From NCBI GenBank assembly GCA_022828125.1, contig JAJEJD010000015.1:55240-119239 (forward strand): DNA of 64,000 nucleotides. Reading direction: 5' to 3'. This stretch comes from a bacterium (GTDB taxonomy: Bacteria; UBA8248). This document shows, piece after piece, positions 1 to 9,212 of this stretch (its first letter is position 1; each line of letters starts with the position of its first letter). The position numbers and the translations under genes were made by a program. The notes beneath the pieces are model-generated. The model ran no database searches. It was not told the origin of the DNA and saw only the letters and a program-made list of their open reading frames with translations.

Positions 1-690
1 GGGTGAACTGCTGCACGAATCCTCGTAAATCGGGTCGGCCGAGCGCATCGCGTGCTCGGCGGCGCGGATGAGTTCGAGTTCGGTCGTGCCGACGCCCTCC
101 TCAGACAGGATGGCGGCGACGGTCTCATGCCCCAGATCCGCCACGCGGCCCGCCTTTCGCATCATCTCCAGGTCGAAATCGCTCTTCACCATCCGGAGTT
201 CCTCGACGATGGTCGAGCGCACGATTTCGAGATCGGGGAACGTCTCCCGCATCCCGGCGTATAGCGGCGCGGGGAACTTGTCGAACGTCTCGACGCCGAC
301 GCGCTTTACGTCGCCCGCGTCGCGGATGAGTTTTTCGAGGTTCTCGACGGAGAGGCCGTCGCCCTTTTTCGCCGAAAAGCCCTCCCCCGCCACGATGCGC
401 GGGACGCACACCTCCCGCGTCGGCATGAGGCCCGGATCGACCATGAGCGCGGGATCGTCGCTCTGTGTGATGAAGGCCGCACCCCCGTCGACGATGGAGG
501 TCTCCGTGGCCGTCAGGCTGATCCAGCCCGCCCGGTCGGGAAAGTAGTCGGTGAGATAGCGCAGGCTGCCGGAGAGCTTGTTGTTGCCGTAGACGATCAG
601 GGCGTCGTATTCGCGCTCCGCCATCAGCCGCCGGGTGTTCGCCAGCCGCCGGTCGATTTCGGCCTGGAGCACGTCGCGTGGAATGGGCAT
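1..690 (-). CDS. M24 family (Xaa-Pro peptidase/creatinase-like) protein, runs off window edge
   Basis: Manual translation from ATG at 690: MPIPRDVLQAEIDRRLANTRRLMAEREYDALIVYG...LRYLTDY...LRMVKSDFDLEMMRKA...TTELEL; typical creatinase N-domain plus R-x-x-K-S-x-x-[DE] M24 linker. Not in the ORF track because it has no stop in the window. Confidence 0.8.
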   Translation of the reverse strand, partial: MPIPRDVLQAEIDRRLANTRRLMAEREYDALIVYGNNKLSGSLRYLTDYFPDRAGWISLTATETSIVDGGAAFITQSDDPALMVDPGLMPTREVCVPRIVAGEGFSAKKGDGLSVENLEKLIRDAGDVKRVGVETFDKFPAPLYAGMRETFPDLEIVRSTIVEELRMVKSDFDLEMMRKAGRVADLGHETVAAILSEEGVGTTELELIRAAEHAMRSADPIYEDSCSSSP

Positions 691-771
691 GTCCGTCCCC
701 TCAGGCGAGGACGCGCGGGGAGACGGGAAATAAAAACCCCGCCTCCGCCGCGCGGCGCCGCGTTTGAACTC

Positions 772-1722
772 TTACTTGATGCCGGCCTTGAGGTTCTTTC
801 CGACCGCCTGCAGCAGTCTCGTGTCGAGCGGAATCGTGCCGGTGTCGATCGTGTACTTGGACTTGTCGTCCTTGTCCATCGCCACGTCGACCCCCGTGCG
901 GACGAGCTGCTTGCCGACGGAATCGCAGAAAGTCAGCACGGTCGCCAGCATGTTGCCGCGGTACACTTCCTGCATCGCCTCCTCGACGCCGTTGAAGCCC
1001 GTGACGATGATCTTGCCGAGCTTGCCGCGCGCCTTGACGGCCTGCAGCGCGCCCAGGGCCATGTCGTCGTTCACGGCGACGATGGCCGAGATGTCGGGGT
1101 GCGCCGTCAGGATGTCTTCGGCTTTCTTGAGTCCCTGCGCGCGGTCCCAGTTGGCCGCCCAGACGCCGACCACCTGGATGCCCTTGTACTTGGCCAGCGT
1201 GTCCCTGGCGCCCCTTTTCCGCAGGATGCTGGACATGTTGCCCGGCACGCCTTCCATGAGCGCGACCTTGCCCTTGCCACCCAGTTCCTCGGCGACGGCT
1301 TTGGCGACCGCGGACTGCCCGTAATACTGATCCGGCCCGACGAAGTGCCGCGCCACCTGCTTGGCCAGGTCGTCGGAGTGGATGAGCACGCGGATACCGC
1401 TCTTCTGCACCTTCTTGACCGTCTGCACCATCGCGTTCGGGTCGATGGCGCTGAAGGCGAGCACGTGCACGCGCTTCTGGATCAAGTCGTCGATCATCTT
1501 CGTCACACCGATCAGGTCGGTGCCGAGGGCGCCGCTCAACACCGTGAGCTTGACGTTGGGATGATTCTTGGCTTCCGCCTCGGCGGAGCGCTTGAGACAC
1601 GCGAAATACGGGTTCCCCAGCGTTTCCACCACGATGCCGATCTTGATGTCTTTCGCGAACGCGGGCGACGTGAACCCGGCGAACGCAACCGCCACGATAA
1701 CGATGCCGATCATGCGCTTCAT
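772..1722 (-). CDS. Sugar ABC transporter periplasmic binding protein (RbsB-like)
   Basis: Signal peptide (AFA|K), NPYF, ANWDR, NDDMALGA, GFNG motifs of class I sugar-binding proteins. Confidence 0.9.
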   Translation of the reverse strand: MKRMIGIVIVAVAFAGFTSPAFAKDIKIGIVVETLGNPYFACLKRSAEAEAKNHPNVKLTVLSGALGTDLIGVTKMIDDLIQKRVHVLAFSAIDPNAMVQTVKKVQKSGIRVLIHSDDLAKQVARHFVGPDQYYGQSAVAKAVAEELGGKGKVALMEGVPGNMSSILRKRGARDTLAKYKGIQVVGVWAANWDRAQGLKKAEDILTAHPDISAIVAVNDDMALGALQAVKARGKLGKIIVTGFNGVEEAMQEVYRGNMLATVLTFCDSVGKQLVRTGVDVAMDKDDKSKYTIDTGTIPLDTRLLQAVGKNLKAGIK

Positions 1723-1873
1723 AGACTTTCCTCCCCGGTTGGATCTATGGCCCAGTGTGCAATCGTATTCTCTGAAATGTGGTGATTAGGGAATCATCAC
1801 ACACGGGCCAGCGCGGGTCAATAAGGGAAGGCGGCGGCGATAACAGGAAAACGCGGAGACGGGCCTTCAATAC

Positions 1874-2199
1874 GGGGTTGTTGAAAATCCCGCCTCGCCT
1901 CATCCTGAGTAGCAGCCCCCCGACTTCGCTCGGGACAGGCTCCGCCGTTGCCCGACACCCCTCATCCTGAGTAGGCGCGTAAGCGCCGTATCGAAGGATG
2001 GGAAACATAAACACTCATTCATCAATCGCGTTTGGCCGCAGGAGGCGCGAACTTCACCCCCTTTGACAGGCTTTATACAGACCCTTCGATACGCGGCTTC
2101 GCCGCTACTCAGGGTGAGGCGGAGTGGCGGGTTGCTAAGGAGGAGCGAGACATTTTGCGCCGCAGGCGTTTTCCCCTTGGGGGACTTTTTTCACAACCC
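1874..2199. mobile_element. MITE-like element with terminal inverted repeats enclosing REP-like palindromes
   Basis: Left end ggggttgttgaaaatccc, right end ggggacttttttcacaaccc; interior cctcatcctgagtag...tatcgaagg and its inverse ccttcgatac...ctactcagggtgagg. Confidence 0.65.
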
Positions 2200-2244
2200 T
2201 CTCAAGGGGGAGTAATTGTAAATTCCCGTGCGGAACGGTCTTCC

Positions 2245-3990
2245 CTACTTCGGCGGGATGACCGGCAAGAGCAGGTGGGAGGGGTGCTCGGGGCCGGTGT
2301 GGACCGTCACCTCGCCGCCGAACACCTCGGGCGGCCTGTCGGCAGGATCGTTGTGCCGGAACGGCCCCACGCCCGAGAAGACGGCGGGCATGTTGGGAAG
2401 CCCCTGGGTGACCCCGCCCGGGTAGACGTAGTCACAACCGCGCACGCTGAGCGCCAGGCGGTAGCCTTTGGGCGCCACGATGCAGGTCGGCCATATCTCG
2501 ACATCCAGCTCGTATATCTCGCCGGGCGTGAGCGGCTGTTTCTCATCGTGCGCGTGGTAGGGCCGGTAGGGCAGCGTGAGCGCCTCGTCCAGCTTCCGGT
2601 GCGAGGCCCGGAGCCAGCCCTGCGCCACCGGGGTGTGCGGGTCGAGCGCGCCCTGGAAGGTGACTTCCCTGAAATCGGGCGTGAACAATCTAAGAACCAG
2701 GAACAAATCGGCGTCCTGGGTCTCGGACGACACCCACAGCTTCGACGCCAGGGGGCCCGTGATCTCGGTTTCACGCTTCAGGGGAGGGGAGACGAACGTG
2801 ACGCCGTCGCTTAGACCTGCGTAGGCCGCCGAACTCGCCTCCTCCGGCGCGGCCTCGCCGAGCAGGTGGCCTTCCGAATGGAGATAGAGCTTCGTCCAGT
2901 TCGTGCGCGCGATGGGCCACTCGTTCTCCGCGCGCTCCACGAACTTCTCGCCGGGGTGGCGAATCTTAAGCTGCACCCTCGGCTGATCCTTCCAGCCCGT
3001 GTCCTCGCTCTTCAGGTAATGGCCGAAAAACTTCTTCTGGAGCGCGACGCCGTAATCGGTATAGAACTCCGTCCAGTGCTCGATGCCGTGGCTCTCCAGC
3101 CATTTTTCCTTGGAAGCCGCGCGCATAAAGGCCTCGCAGTTTCCCCTCGGGTGAAGCCCCTGCCCGCCCCAGTTGTTGGAAGAGAGAAAGGGAACCTCGA
3201 CTTTCGACCAGTCGGGCGTTTTCGCCTTCCAGTATTCATCGTCGAGCGGGTGCGCGCGCATCTCCGCCCCCAGAGGGCAGCGGTTCGCGCCCAGTTCCTC
3301 CTCGCTCAGCGTGTCCGGCCCCGAGACCCAGTCGCCCGTCACCCGGCTCTTGTAGCCGCGCTCGCCCAGGCCATGCTGTTTGGAGCGCCCCCTGTTCTGA
3401 TACCAGTTCTCCGTGAACGTGCAGTAGATGCCCCCGTGGTAGTTCATGTCGCGGTAGAAATCCGCCGCCCCCTCCCAGGCGCACATGGCGACGAGGTGCG
3501 GCGGCTTCAGGCAGGCGACCTGCCACTGGTTGATGGCGTAATAGGAGATGCCGTTGGCCCCCACCTTCCCGTTGCTCCAGGGCTGCGCGCCCGCCCATTC
3601 GATGCACTCGTAGAAATCGCGCGTCTCGCGCTCCGAGAAGGGGTCCATATAGCCTGGCGAGCGGCCAGCGCCTCTCGAATCCACTCGCACGCAGGCGTAG
3701 CCGTCCGGCACCCATTTCTCGGGGTCCACGACTTCCCAGTTCTGGTACTTGTTCGATGAACCCAAGGCGACGTCGGGGTGCTCTTCCACCATGCGGCGCC
3801 ATTGCTCAGGATAGCCGTCCTCGAAGTGGAGCCACTTCCCGTAAATCCCGTAGGTGATGATCACGGGGTAGCGGCCCTCATCAACAGGCCGGTAGACGTC
3901 GCAGCGCAGCACCAAGCCGTCGTCCATCTCGACAGGAACCTCCCAGTCGATCCGCATGCCGTCGGCGATTTCCGATTTACGCCCTCTCAT
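2245..3990 (-). CDS. CocE/NonD family hydrolase (peptidase S15)
   Basis: DSRGAGRSPG, WSNGKVG, GISY nucleophile elbow, C-terminal PepX domain. Confidence 0.93.
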   Translation of the reverse strand: MRGRKSEIADGMRIDWEVPVEMDDGLVLRCDVYRPVDEGRYPVIITYGIYGKWLHFEDGYPEQWRRMVEEHPDVALGSSNKYQNWEVVDPEKWVPDGYACVRVDSRGAGRSPGYMDPFSERETRDFYECIEWAGAQPWSNGKVGANGISYYAINQWQVACLKPPHLVAMCAWEGAADFYRDMNYHGGIYCTFTENWYQNRGRSKQHGLGERGYKSRVTGDWVSGPDTLSEEELGANRCPLGAEMRAHPLDDEYWKAKTPDWSKVEVPFLSSNNWGGQGLHPRGNCEAFMRAASKEKWLESHGIEHWTEFYTDYGVALQKKFFGHYLKSEDTGWKDQPRVQLKIRHPGEKFVERAENEWPIARTNWTKLYLHSEGHLLGEAAPEEASSAAYAGLSDGVTFVSPPLKRETEITGPLASKLWVSSETQDADLFLVLRLFTPDFREVTFQGALDPHTPVAQGWLRASHRKLDEALTLPYRPYHAHDEKQPLTPGEIYELDVEIWPTCIVAPKGYRLALSVRGCDYVYPGGVTQGLPNMPAVFSGVGPFRHNDPADRPPEVFGGEVTVHTGPEHPSHLLLPVIPPK

Positions 3991-4015
3991 CTCATATCTC
4001 CCGTTATGCCAGGAA

Positions 4016-5764
4016 TTATTCTTTCGGCGGTATCACCGGCAGCAGCACGTGGGACGGATGCGCCGGGCCGGTGTGCAGCGTCACCTTTCCGCCGAAGAGC
4101 TCCGTCGGCCTGTCCTCTTTGAGATCGTGCTTGAACGGCCCCACGCCGTAGTAGACGCGGCCCGATATTCTGGGCGCAGACGGCTCGTAGCCGGGCCAGA
4201 CGTAATCGCGCCCCCGGACGCTGATCGCCAGGCGGTATTCCTTGGGGATCACGATGGATGTCGGCCAGATTTCGACGTCCAGTTCATATATCTCGCCGGG
4301 CGTCAAAGGCTGAATCTCATCGTGCGTGTGGTAGGGCCGGTAGGGCAGCGTGAGGGCTTCATCCAGTTTCCGGTGCGAGGCCCTGAGCCACCCGATGGCG
4401 ACCGGCGTGTGCGGGTCGTTCGCACCCCGGTAGACGATCTCCGTCATGTCCGGCGTGAAGACGCGCAGGGTCAAGAAAAGGTCCGCGTCTTCCGTATCCG
4501 AGGAGACGAACAGCTTGGCCGCCACGGGGCCGGTGATCTCGGTTTCCTCGGCGAAGGGATGCGAGACGTAGACCAAGCCGTCGCCCAGGGCGTCATAGGT
4601 CTTCGTGCGCTCGTTGGTCTGGGGTTCCGCCCGGAAGGTGCCCGAACCCGAATGCAGGTAATACTTCGTCCACTGCGTTCGCGCGATGGGCCACTCGTTC
4701 TCAGCTCTCGGCACGAATTTCTCGCCCGGATGCCGCACCAGGAGCTGGACTTTCGGCTGCTCCTCCCAGCCCGTGTCCTCGCCCTTCAGGAAATGACCGA
4801 AAAATTTCTTCTGGAGCGCCACGCCGTAATCGGTATAAAACTCCGTGAAATGCTCCAGCCCGTGCATCTCCAGCCATTTCTGCTCGGTGGCCGATTGCAC
4901 GAAGCCCTCCGTGTTGCCCCTGGGGTGCAGGCCCACTCCGCCCCAGTTGCCCGAGGAAAGAAGAGGCACGTTGATCTTCGCGTAATCGGGCATGCGCTCT
5001 TTCCAGTAATCATCCACGAGGGGGTGATCCAGAATGTCCTGGCCGAAATCGCTCCGGTTGGATGCCAGTTCCTCTTCGCTCAGGTTGGCGGGGCCGGAAA
5101 TCCAGTCGCCGTTGATGCGGCTCTTGATGCCGCGGTTCCCCTTGCCGTGCTGGCGGGGAACGACGGCCTGGCGGTACCAGGTGTCCGAAAACCGGCAGGC
5201 GATGCCGCCGTGGTGGGCGAGGTCGCGGTAGAAATCGGCCGCTCCCTCCCAGACGCACATGGCCGCCAGGTGCGGCGGCTGGAGCGAGGCCACCTGCCAC
5301 TGGTTCATCCCGTAGTAGGAGATGCCGTTCAGCCCCACCTTGCCGTTGCTCCAGGGCTGCACGCCCGCCCACTCGATGCAGTCGTAAAAATCCCTGGTCT
5401 CGCGCGGCGACCACACCTCCAGATAGCCCGGCGAGCGGCCCGCGCCACGCGAATCCACGCGCACGCAGGCGTAGCCGTCGGGCACCCATTTCTCGGGGTC
5501 CACGAGCTCCCAGTTCTGGTATTTGTTGGTGGTGCCCATGACGGTCTCGGGATAGTCGTTCACCATGAGATTCCACTGGTGGGGATAGCCGTCCTGCAGA
5601 TGAAGCCACTTGCAGTAGGGGCCGTAACTCATGATGACGGGGTACCCGCCGTCCTCAATTGGCCGGTAGACGTCGCAGCGCAGCACGACGCCGTCGTCCA
5701 TCTCGATAGGAACGTCCCAGTCGACCCGCATCCCGTCTCTAACCTCGCTCTTGTACTCGCTCAT
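4016..5764 (-). CDS. CocE/NonD family hydrolase, tandem paralogue
   Basis: Same motifs; start set at MSEYKSEV by alignment to the paralogue and the upstream aaggcg RBS. Confidence 0.93.
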   Translation of the reverse strand: MSEYKSEVRDGMRVDWDVPIEMDDGVVLRCDVYRPIEDGGYPVIMSYGPYCKWLHLQDGYPHQWNLMVNDYPETVMGTTNKYQNWELVDPEKWVPDGYACVRVDSRGAGRSPGYLEVWSPRETRDFYDCIEWAGVQPWSNGKVGLNGISYYGMNQWQVASLQPPHLAAMCVWEGAADFYRDLAHHGGIACRFSDTWYRQAVVPRQHGKGNRGIKSRINGDWISGPANLSEEELASNRSDFGQDILDHPLVDDYWKERMPDYAKINVPLLSSGNWGGVGLHPRGNTEGFVQSATEQKWLEMHGLEHFTEFYTDYGVALQKKFFGHFLKGEDTGWEEQPKVQLLVRHPGEKFVPRAENEWPIARTQWTKYYLHSGSGTFRAEPQTNERTKTYDALGDGLVYVSHPFAEETEITGPVAAKLFVSSDTEDADLFLTLRVFTPDMTEIVYRGANDPHTPVAIGWLRASHRKLDEALTLPYRPYHTHDEIQPLTPGEIYELDVEIWPTSIVIPKEYRLAISVRGRDYVWPGYEPSAPRISGRVYYGVGPFKHDLKEDRPTELFGGKVTLHTGPAHPSHVLLPVIPPKE

Positions 5765-5845
5765 GTTTCGCCTTTCCGTGAAGAAGTGGATCACCGTCGG
5801 TGATGTATTTGGGGATGCGGGAAATATAACCGAGGGGACGGGGCT

Positions 5846-5950
5846 AGTCCAGATGGGTAAGGGTATTCGAAAAAGCAACCTTATCTCGAAAGGTGTTTCA
5901 AGGCTGCCGCAATTTCAGGAATGTGGACTGTAATTAGCAGGTGAAGGAGG
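5846..5950 (-). repeat. Cassette right-boundary motif R3
   Basis: Minus strand ...ccttcacctg...gtcca...ctgaaattgcggcagccttgaaacacctttcgagataagg...tttcgaat...catctggac; aligns with 7708-7812 and 8794-8900. Confidence 0.7.
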
Positions 5951-5983
5951 AGGTGAGAGTGAGAGACTGTACCAGGAAACTCC

Positions 5984-6265
5984 TCACTTCAAAGTATCGT
6001 CTTCAAATAGTTGAATGTAATCAGAACGATTTACACTGCAATCTACAATTTCTCGAAAAACTTTAGTCGACACTCCCAATTGCTTCGCCATGCGATTTTG
6101 CAAATAGTCATTGATGTCCTGGTTGTTGTGCGACATGAACGTCTCGCCAATTAACCTATCCTCATCAAATACTCGGTAATATATATGATGGCTATCTTCA
6201 TCAACTTCACATTTCAATTTATTGCGTAATGCTCTTCTGACTTCACGCGCTTTGTAGGTGGGCAT
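5984..6265 (-). CDS. HicA-like toxin
   Basis: 93 aa, DSHHIYY...MSH...DI...LQNRMAKQLGV pattern resembling the HicA dsRBD fold. Confidence 0.6.
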   Translation of the reverse strand: MPTYKAREVRRALRNKLKCEVDEDSHHIYYRVFDEDRLIGETFMSHNNQDINDYLQNRMAKQLGVSTKVFREIVDCSVNRSDYIQLFEDDTLK

Positions 6266-6275
6266 TCGGGGTGGA

Positions 6276-6638
6276 CTACCAATTTACAGTAACAACTTGA
6301 TGAAACAGAGCATCAAGGCGCAGCTTGCGTTTCTCCATATGCTTAGAGAGTTTTTTCGCAGAGTGAAGGGATTTCCATGATGCCTTCAGTGCTTGAAAGA
6401 GCGAAGCCATCGCTTCATCAGGAGTTGAACCTTCCCCATGATGCGGCAAATCCGGTTCCATCAACATATCGGCAAAATATCTTCCGTCTATTGCGTGTGT
6501 CTGAACAAAAGCCGGGATTTCTTCATAAGATTCTGCTGGTTGCTCAATAGGGGCGTAAGCAACTATCGAGGAACTCATTGAAGTATGCTCAACATCAGTT
6601 GTGGTGTTATTTACGGTATGAAGTAAAGTGGCGTTCAT
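6276..6638 (-). CDS. HicB-like antitoxin
   Basis: PDLPHHGEGSTPDEAMASL, HicB partial RNase H motif. Confidence 0.6.
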   Translation of the reverse strand: MNATLLHTVNNTTTDVEHTSMSSSIVAYAPIEQPAESYEEIPAFVQTHAIDGRYFADMLMEPDLPHHGEGSTPDEAMASLFQALKASWKSLHSAKKLSKHMEKRKLRLDALFHQVVTVNW

Positions 6639-6661
6639 TTCGTCGTACTCTCTCCTGGAAG

Positions 6662-6916
6662 TTATTCAGACTCCAGCACTGATATAATAGTGCCACTTCT
6701 CACATTGTAAATTGGATGCCCATCCAGCGCCCGCTCACCTTTGAATTTAGCAACTTCAACTACATCCACCCTAATTCGCAATATGGTTCCATCAGCAAGC
6801 TTGATTTTCATCGGTTTCTCAATAATCTCTTCGATTTCAACTATCTCTACATCATGCATTTCACCGGTTGTTGGATGTTTCATCTTTCGTTCTACCATAA
6901 CCAACCTTTTCTTCAT
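6662..6916 (-). CDS. Small beta-rich hypothetical protein (TA-associated)
   Basis: IKLADGTILRIRVDV...G.PIYNVRS; low GC; directly upstream of the hicBA-like pair. Confidence 0.65.
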   Translation of the reverse strand: MKKRLVMVERKMKHPTTGEMHDVEIVEIEEIIEKPMKIKLADGTILRIRVDVVEVAKFKGERALDGHPIYNVRSGTIISVLESE

Positions 6917-6989
6917 TTATATTGAAGTAGTGATTTCCCTATCCGTCGCCATGAGTGTGACTCCGTTCTCCGTATCGGAGTTGCAGGCG

Positions 6990-7070
6990 CCACTCACGAA
7001 CATACCCTATCTCATAGTGTGCAATGTTTCACCATATTCTGCCATACATTCCTGAAATTTCAATCGGCCT
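6990..7070 (-). repeat. Cassette left-boundary (promoter-like) motif L4
   Basis: Minus strand ttgaaatttcaggaatgtatggcagaatatggtgaaacattgcacactatgagatagggtatg; aligns with 9720-9800 and 8575-8655. Confidence 0.7.
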
Positions 7071-7111
7071 GGAACTCTGCTTCGCGCTCCCTGCGGGCAA
7101 CACGAGAAACG

Positions 7112-7462
7112 CTAAACCTCTGCGAATTTTTGCGGATCCACCCGGGGCAAGGGGACATCACAGGAGAAGATGTCCGGAAGGCTATGCGGGGATTTCGATT
7201 TCAGGTGCCGCTTCACGCTCTCGCGCTTCACGGATTCATAGAGCGCGTGATAGGAGGGCTCGGCGGGTACGAAAATTTCATCCAGGGTGTCGTGCTGCAC
7301 GGCGAACGATATCTGGGCCTCGACCGCTTCGGTCAGACTTTCCACCGCCTGATCTTGCGTTTCCCCATAGCCCCTGAGGCTCATATCCAGGGCAATCGCG
7401 CACCATTTCGCATCTTCCCGAACCACCAGAACGCGAAGAGTGTGGTTGAAATCCATGGGCGT
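7112..7462 (-). CDS. Orphan HicB-like antitoxin
   Basis: WCAIALDMSLRGYGETQDQAVESL, HicB-type motif; RBS aaggag upstream. Confidence 0.65.
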   Translation of the reverse strand, partial: TPMDFNHTLRVLVVREDAKWCAIALDMSLRGYGETQDQAVESLTEAVEAQISFAVQHDTLDEIFVPAEPSYHALYESVKRESVKRHLKSKSPHSLPDIFSCDVPLPRVDPQKFAEV

Positions 7463-7575
7463 GTGCACTCCTTTTGGTGTTCATCCGGGTGCCGAGATAG
7501 CCACGGCAAATTCAGGGACATAGCTTACATGGTTTTAAGAATGTTTGCATTCGACGCAATTTTCAATTCCCCCCA

Positions 7576-7711
7576 TCACTCGATTTTCTCCTCCAGCTTC
7601 CGCGTCGCCTCCTCGACGATTTCGCATACTTTGTCCATCACCTCGGGATGCGCGCGGAACGACTCGCGCACCTCCTTGACGATCGCCATCTTGGCGGCGG
7701 CGAAACCGGCC
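7576..7711 (-). repeat. 136-bp copy of the 3' end of the DUF3486-like gene (copy 3)
   Basis: Encodes AGFAAAKMAIVKEVRESFRAHPEVMDKVCEIVEEATRKLEEKIE*; 9 differences from 9812-9947 by manual count. Confidence 0.95.
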
Positions 7712-7812
7712 AGAGTGGGGTGACCGAAAAAATACTTTTATCTCGGAAGGTGTTTCAGAGCCGCCCAATCTCAGACGTTTGGACGGTTCTGCTCAGTTGA
7801 AGGCGTCGGTGG
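7708..7812 (-). repeat. Cassette right-boundary motif R2
   Basis: cgacgccttcaactgagcagaaccgtccaaacgtctgagattgggcggctctgaaacaccttccgagat, nearly identical to R1. Confidence 0.85.
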
Positions 7813-7851
7813 GGTTTGAAGGCAATAGGTTACCGGGACATATCTGGCAGC

Positions 7852-8262
7852 CTATGTCGTCAACTCGACGCTCCCGGTCAACCCGCTATAAGTCATCGTG
7901 AAATTTTCAAGAAAAGTCCTGCCGAGCAAGGCATGGTGGATTTGTCCTCCGCCAATCAAATCTACGGCGGCGAACCTGCCCAAAATGGTGCAATCCAAAG
8001 CGGGCACGTGAATATATGCGATGTGCATCGTCGTCCTGTGTCTACCCGACACCCCGGAAACTTCCACGCGGTCGACGACGGGCAGTTTCAAGTCGGATGC
8101 GACTTGCCGATCAATGCAACTCTCGGCCGCTCCCGTATCGACAAGGGCATGAAAACGCTTGCCGCTCGGGTCTTTGGGGTCGATACCTATTTCAACGGAG
8201 ATTGTCGGTCCGTACAGGGCCAGTTCCGAGGAAGTTTCAAAACCGCATTCAGCTTTTTGCAT
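7852..8262 (-). CDS. Clan AA (retropepsin-like) aspartyl protease
   Basis: ALVDTGA catalytic motif and LLGRTFL psi-loop. Confidence 0.88.
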   Translation of the reverse strand: MQKAECGFETSSELALYGPTISVEIGIDPKDPSGKRFHALVDTGAAESCIDRQVASDLKLPVVDRVEVSGVSGRHRTTMHIAYIHVPALDCTILGRFAAVDLIGGGQIHHALLGRTFLENFTMTYSGLTGSVELTT

Positions 8263-8500
8263 ATAAAGGCCTGTACATCACCGAAGCGGGGAGCCTCAGA
8301 GGCGGCGCTCCTACCTGCCTGATGAGATACGGCCCGCGATACCCGAATTTTTCAATGGCGTCGGTCGCCGCCTCATCGAAAGACTCATAGGAACCAACGA
8401 GCTTCTCGTCGTGAAAGACGACCCACTTGCCGAAATAATCGAGTTCGAGGTCATCTTTCATGGCCTCATACGTCTCGATTTGTTTTTTCAGGCCGCCCAT
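8249..8500 (-). CDS. DUF5678-like small protein
   Basis: YFGKWVVFHDEKLVGSYESFDEA...PYLIRQVG; overlaps the protease start; RBS aagga. Confidence 0.75.
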   Translation of the reverse strand: MGGLKKQIETYEAMKDDLELDYFGKWVVFHDEKLVGSYESFDEAATDAIEKFGYRGPYLIRQVGAPPLRLPASVMYRPLYAKS

Positions 8501-8574
8501 ATCTAATTCCTTCTCATCAAAGATAGATTGAAAACAATTATACTTTACTCTCTGGTTCACTTCGACCAGGGGAT

Positions 8575-8661
8575 TTACATCCCACAATTACACCCTGTCT
8601 TAGTAGGGAGAAACATTTTATCATACCTTGGCATAGAGTGCTGAAATCCTAACTGCCCCCA
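8575..8661 (-). repeat. Cassette left-boundary motif L2
   Basis: Minus strand gggggcagttaggatttcagcactctatgccaaggtatgat...aagacagggtgtaattgtg. Confidence 0.6.
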
Positions 8662-8797
8662 CTACTCCACCCGCTCCTCGAGCTTCCGCGTCGCCTCCTC
8701 GACGATTTCGCACACTTTGTCCATCACCTCGGGGTGCTCGCGGAACGACTCGCGCACTTCGGTGACGATCGCCATCTTGGCGGCGGCGAAGCCGTCC
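8662..8797 (-). repeat. 136-bp copy of the 3' end of the DUF3486-like gene (copy 2)
   Basis: Encodes DGFAAAKMAIVTEVRESFREHPEVMDKVCEIVEEATRKLEERVE*; 13 differences from 9812-9947 by manual count. Confidence 0.95.
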
Positions 8798-8900
8798 AAT
8801 GTGGGAGGATCGAAATAACACCCTGCTCTAGAAAGGCATTTCAAAGCCGCCACAATCTCAGACGATTGGACGGTTCTGCTCAGTTGAAGGCGTCGATGGA
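8794..8900 (-). repeat. Cassette right-boundary motif R1
   Basis: cgacgccttcaactgagcagaaccgtccaatcgtctgagattgtggcggctttgaaatgcctttctagag. Confidence 0.85.
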
Positions 8901-8957
8901 GGGGTTTAATGGGAAGCTAATCCGGGGGAAAATACCAACGACTTAAATTCACAACTG

Positions 8958-9212
8958 CTAATAAGCCTCGGGCAATTCATTTTTCGCACAGTCTTTGTCG
9001 ATATGCAGGTGACGTATCATCTTCCTGATATGGCCAATCTCGATCTCCGCCCGGCGTCCTCTTCCATGTTCTCCCTTCGGGAATGACGGATAGGTTCGAT
9101 CCCCATATCGGATGCAGAAGTGATGCGTGGTTTCCCTGATGTCACATCCAGGCGCGCACACTTCGAGCATATCCCAAATTTTCCTTAGTTGTACGCGTCC
9201 GCTCGAAGCCGT
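8958..9212 (-). CDS. HicA-like toxin (start probably ACG at 9212; first ATG at 9170)
   Basis: THHFCIRY...FPKGEH...EIEIGHIRKMIRHL; frame open up to the upstream stop codon. Confidence 0.55.
   Translation of the reverse strand, partial: TASSGRVQLRKIWDMLEVCAPGCDIRETTHHFCIRYGDRTYPSFPKGEHGRGRRAEIEIGHIRKMIRHLHIDKDCAKNELPEAY

Noticed and set aside
3956-5803. Long antisense ORFs (615 aa here; also 61236-63173, 26452-27813, 18281-19657)
   Set aside because: Shadow frames of GC-rich genes on the opposite strand, with no recognisable motifs.
8662-8853. 63-aa ORF MAALKCLS...EERVE as a real gene
   Set aside because: It is the R motif read in frame into the gene-end copy; there is no RBS and the start is not conserved in the other copy.
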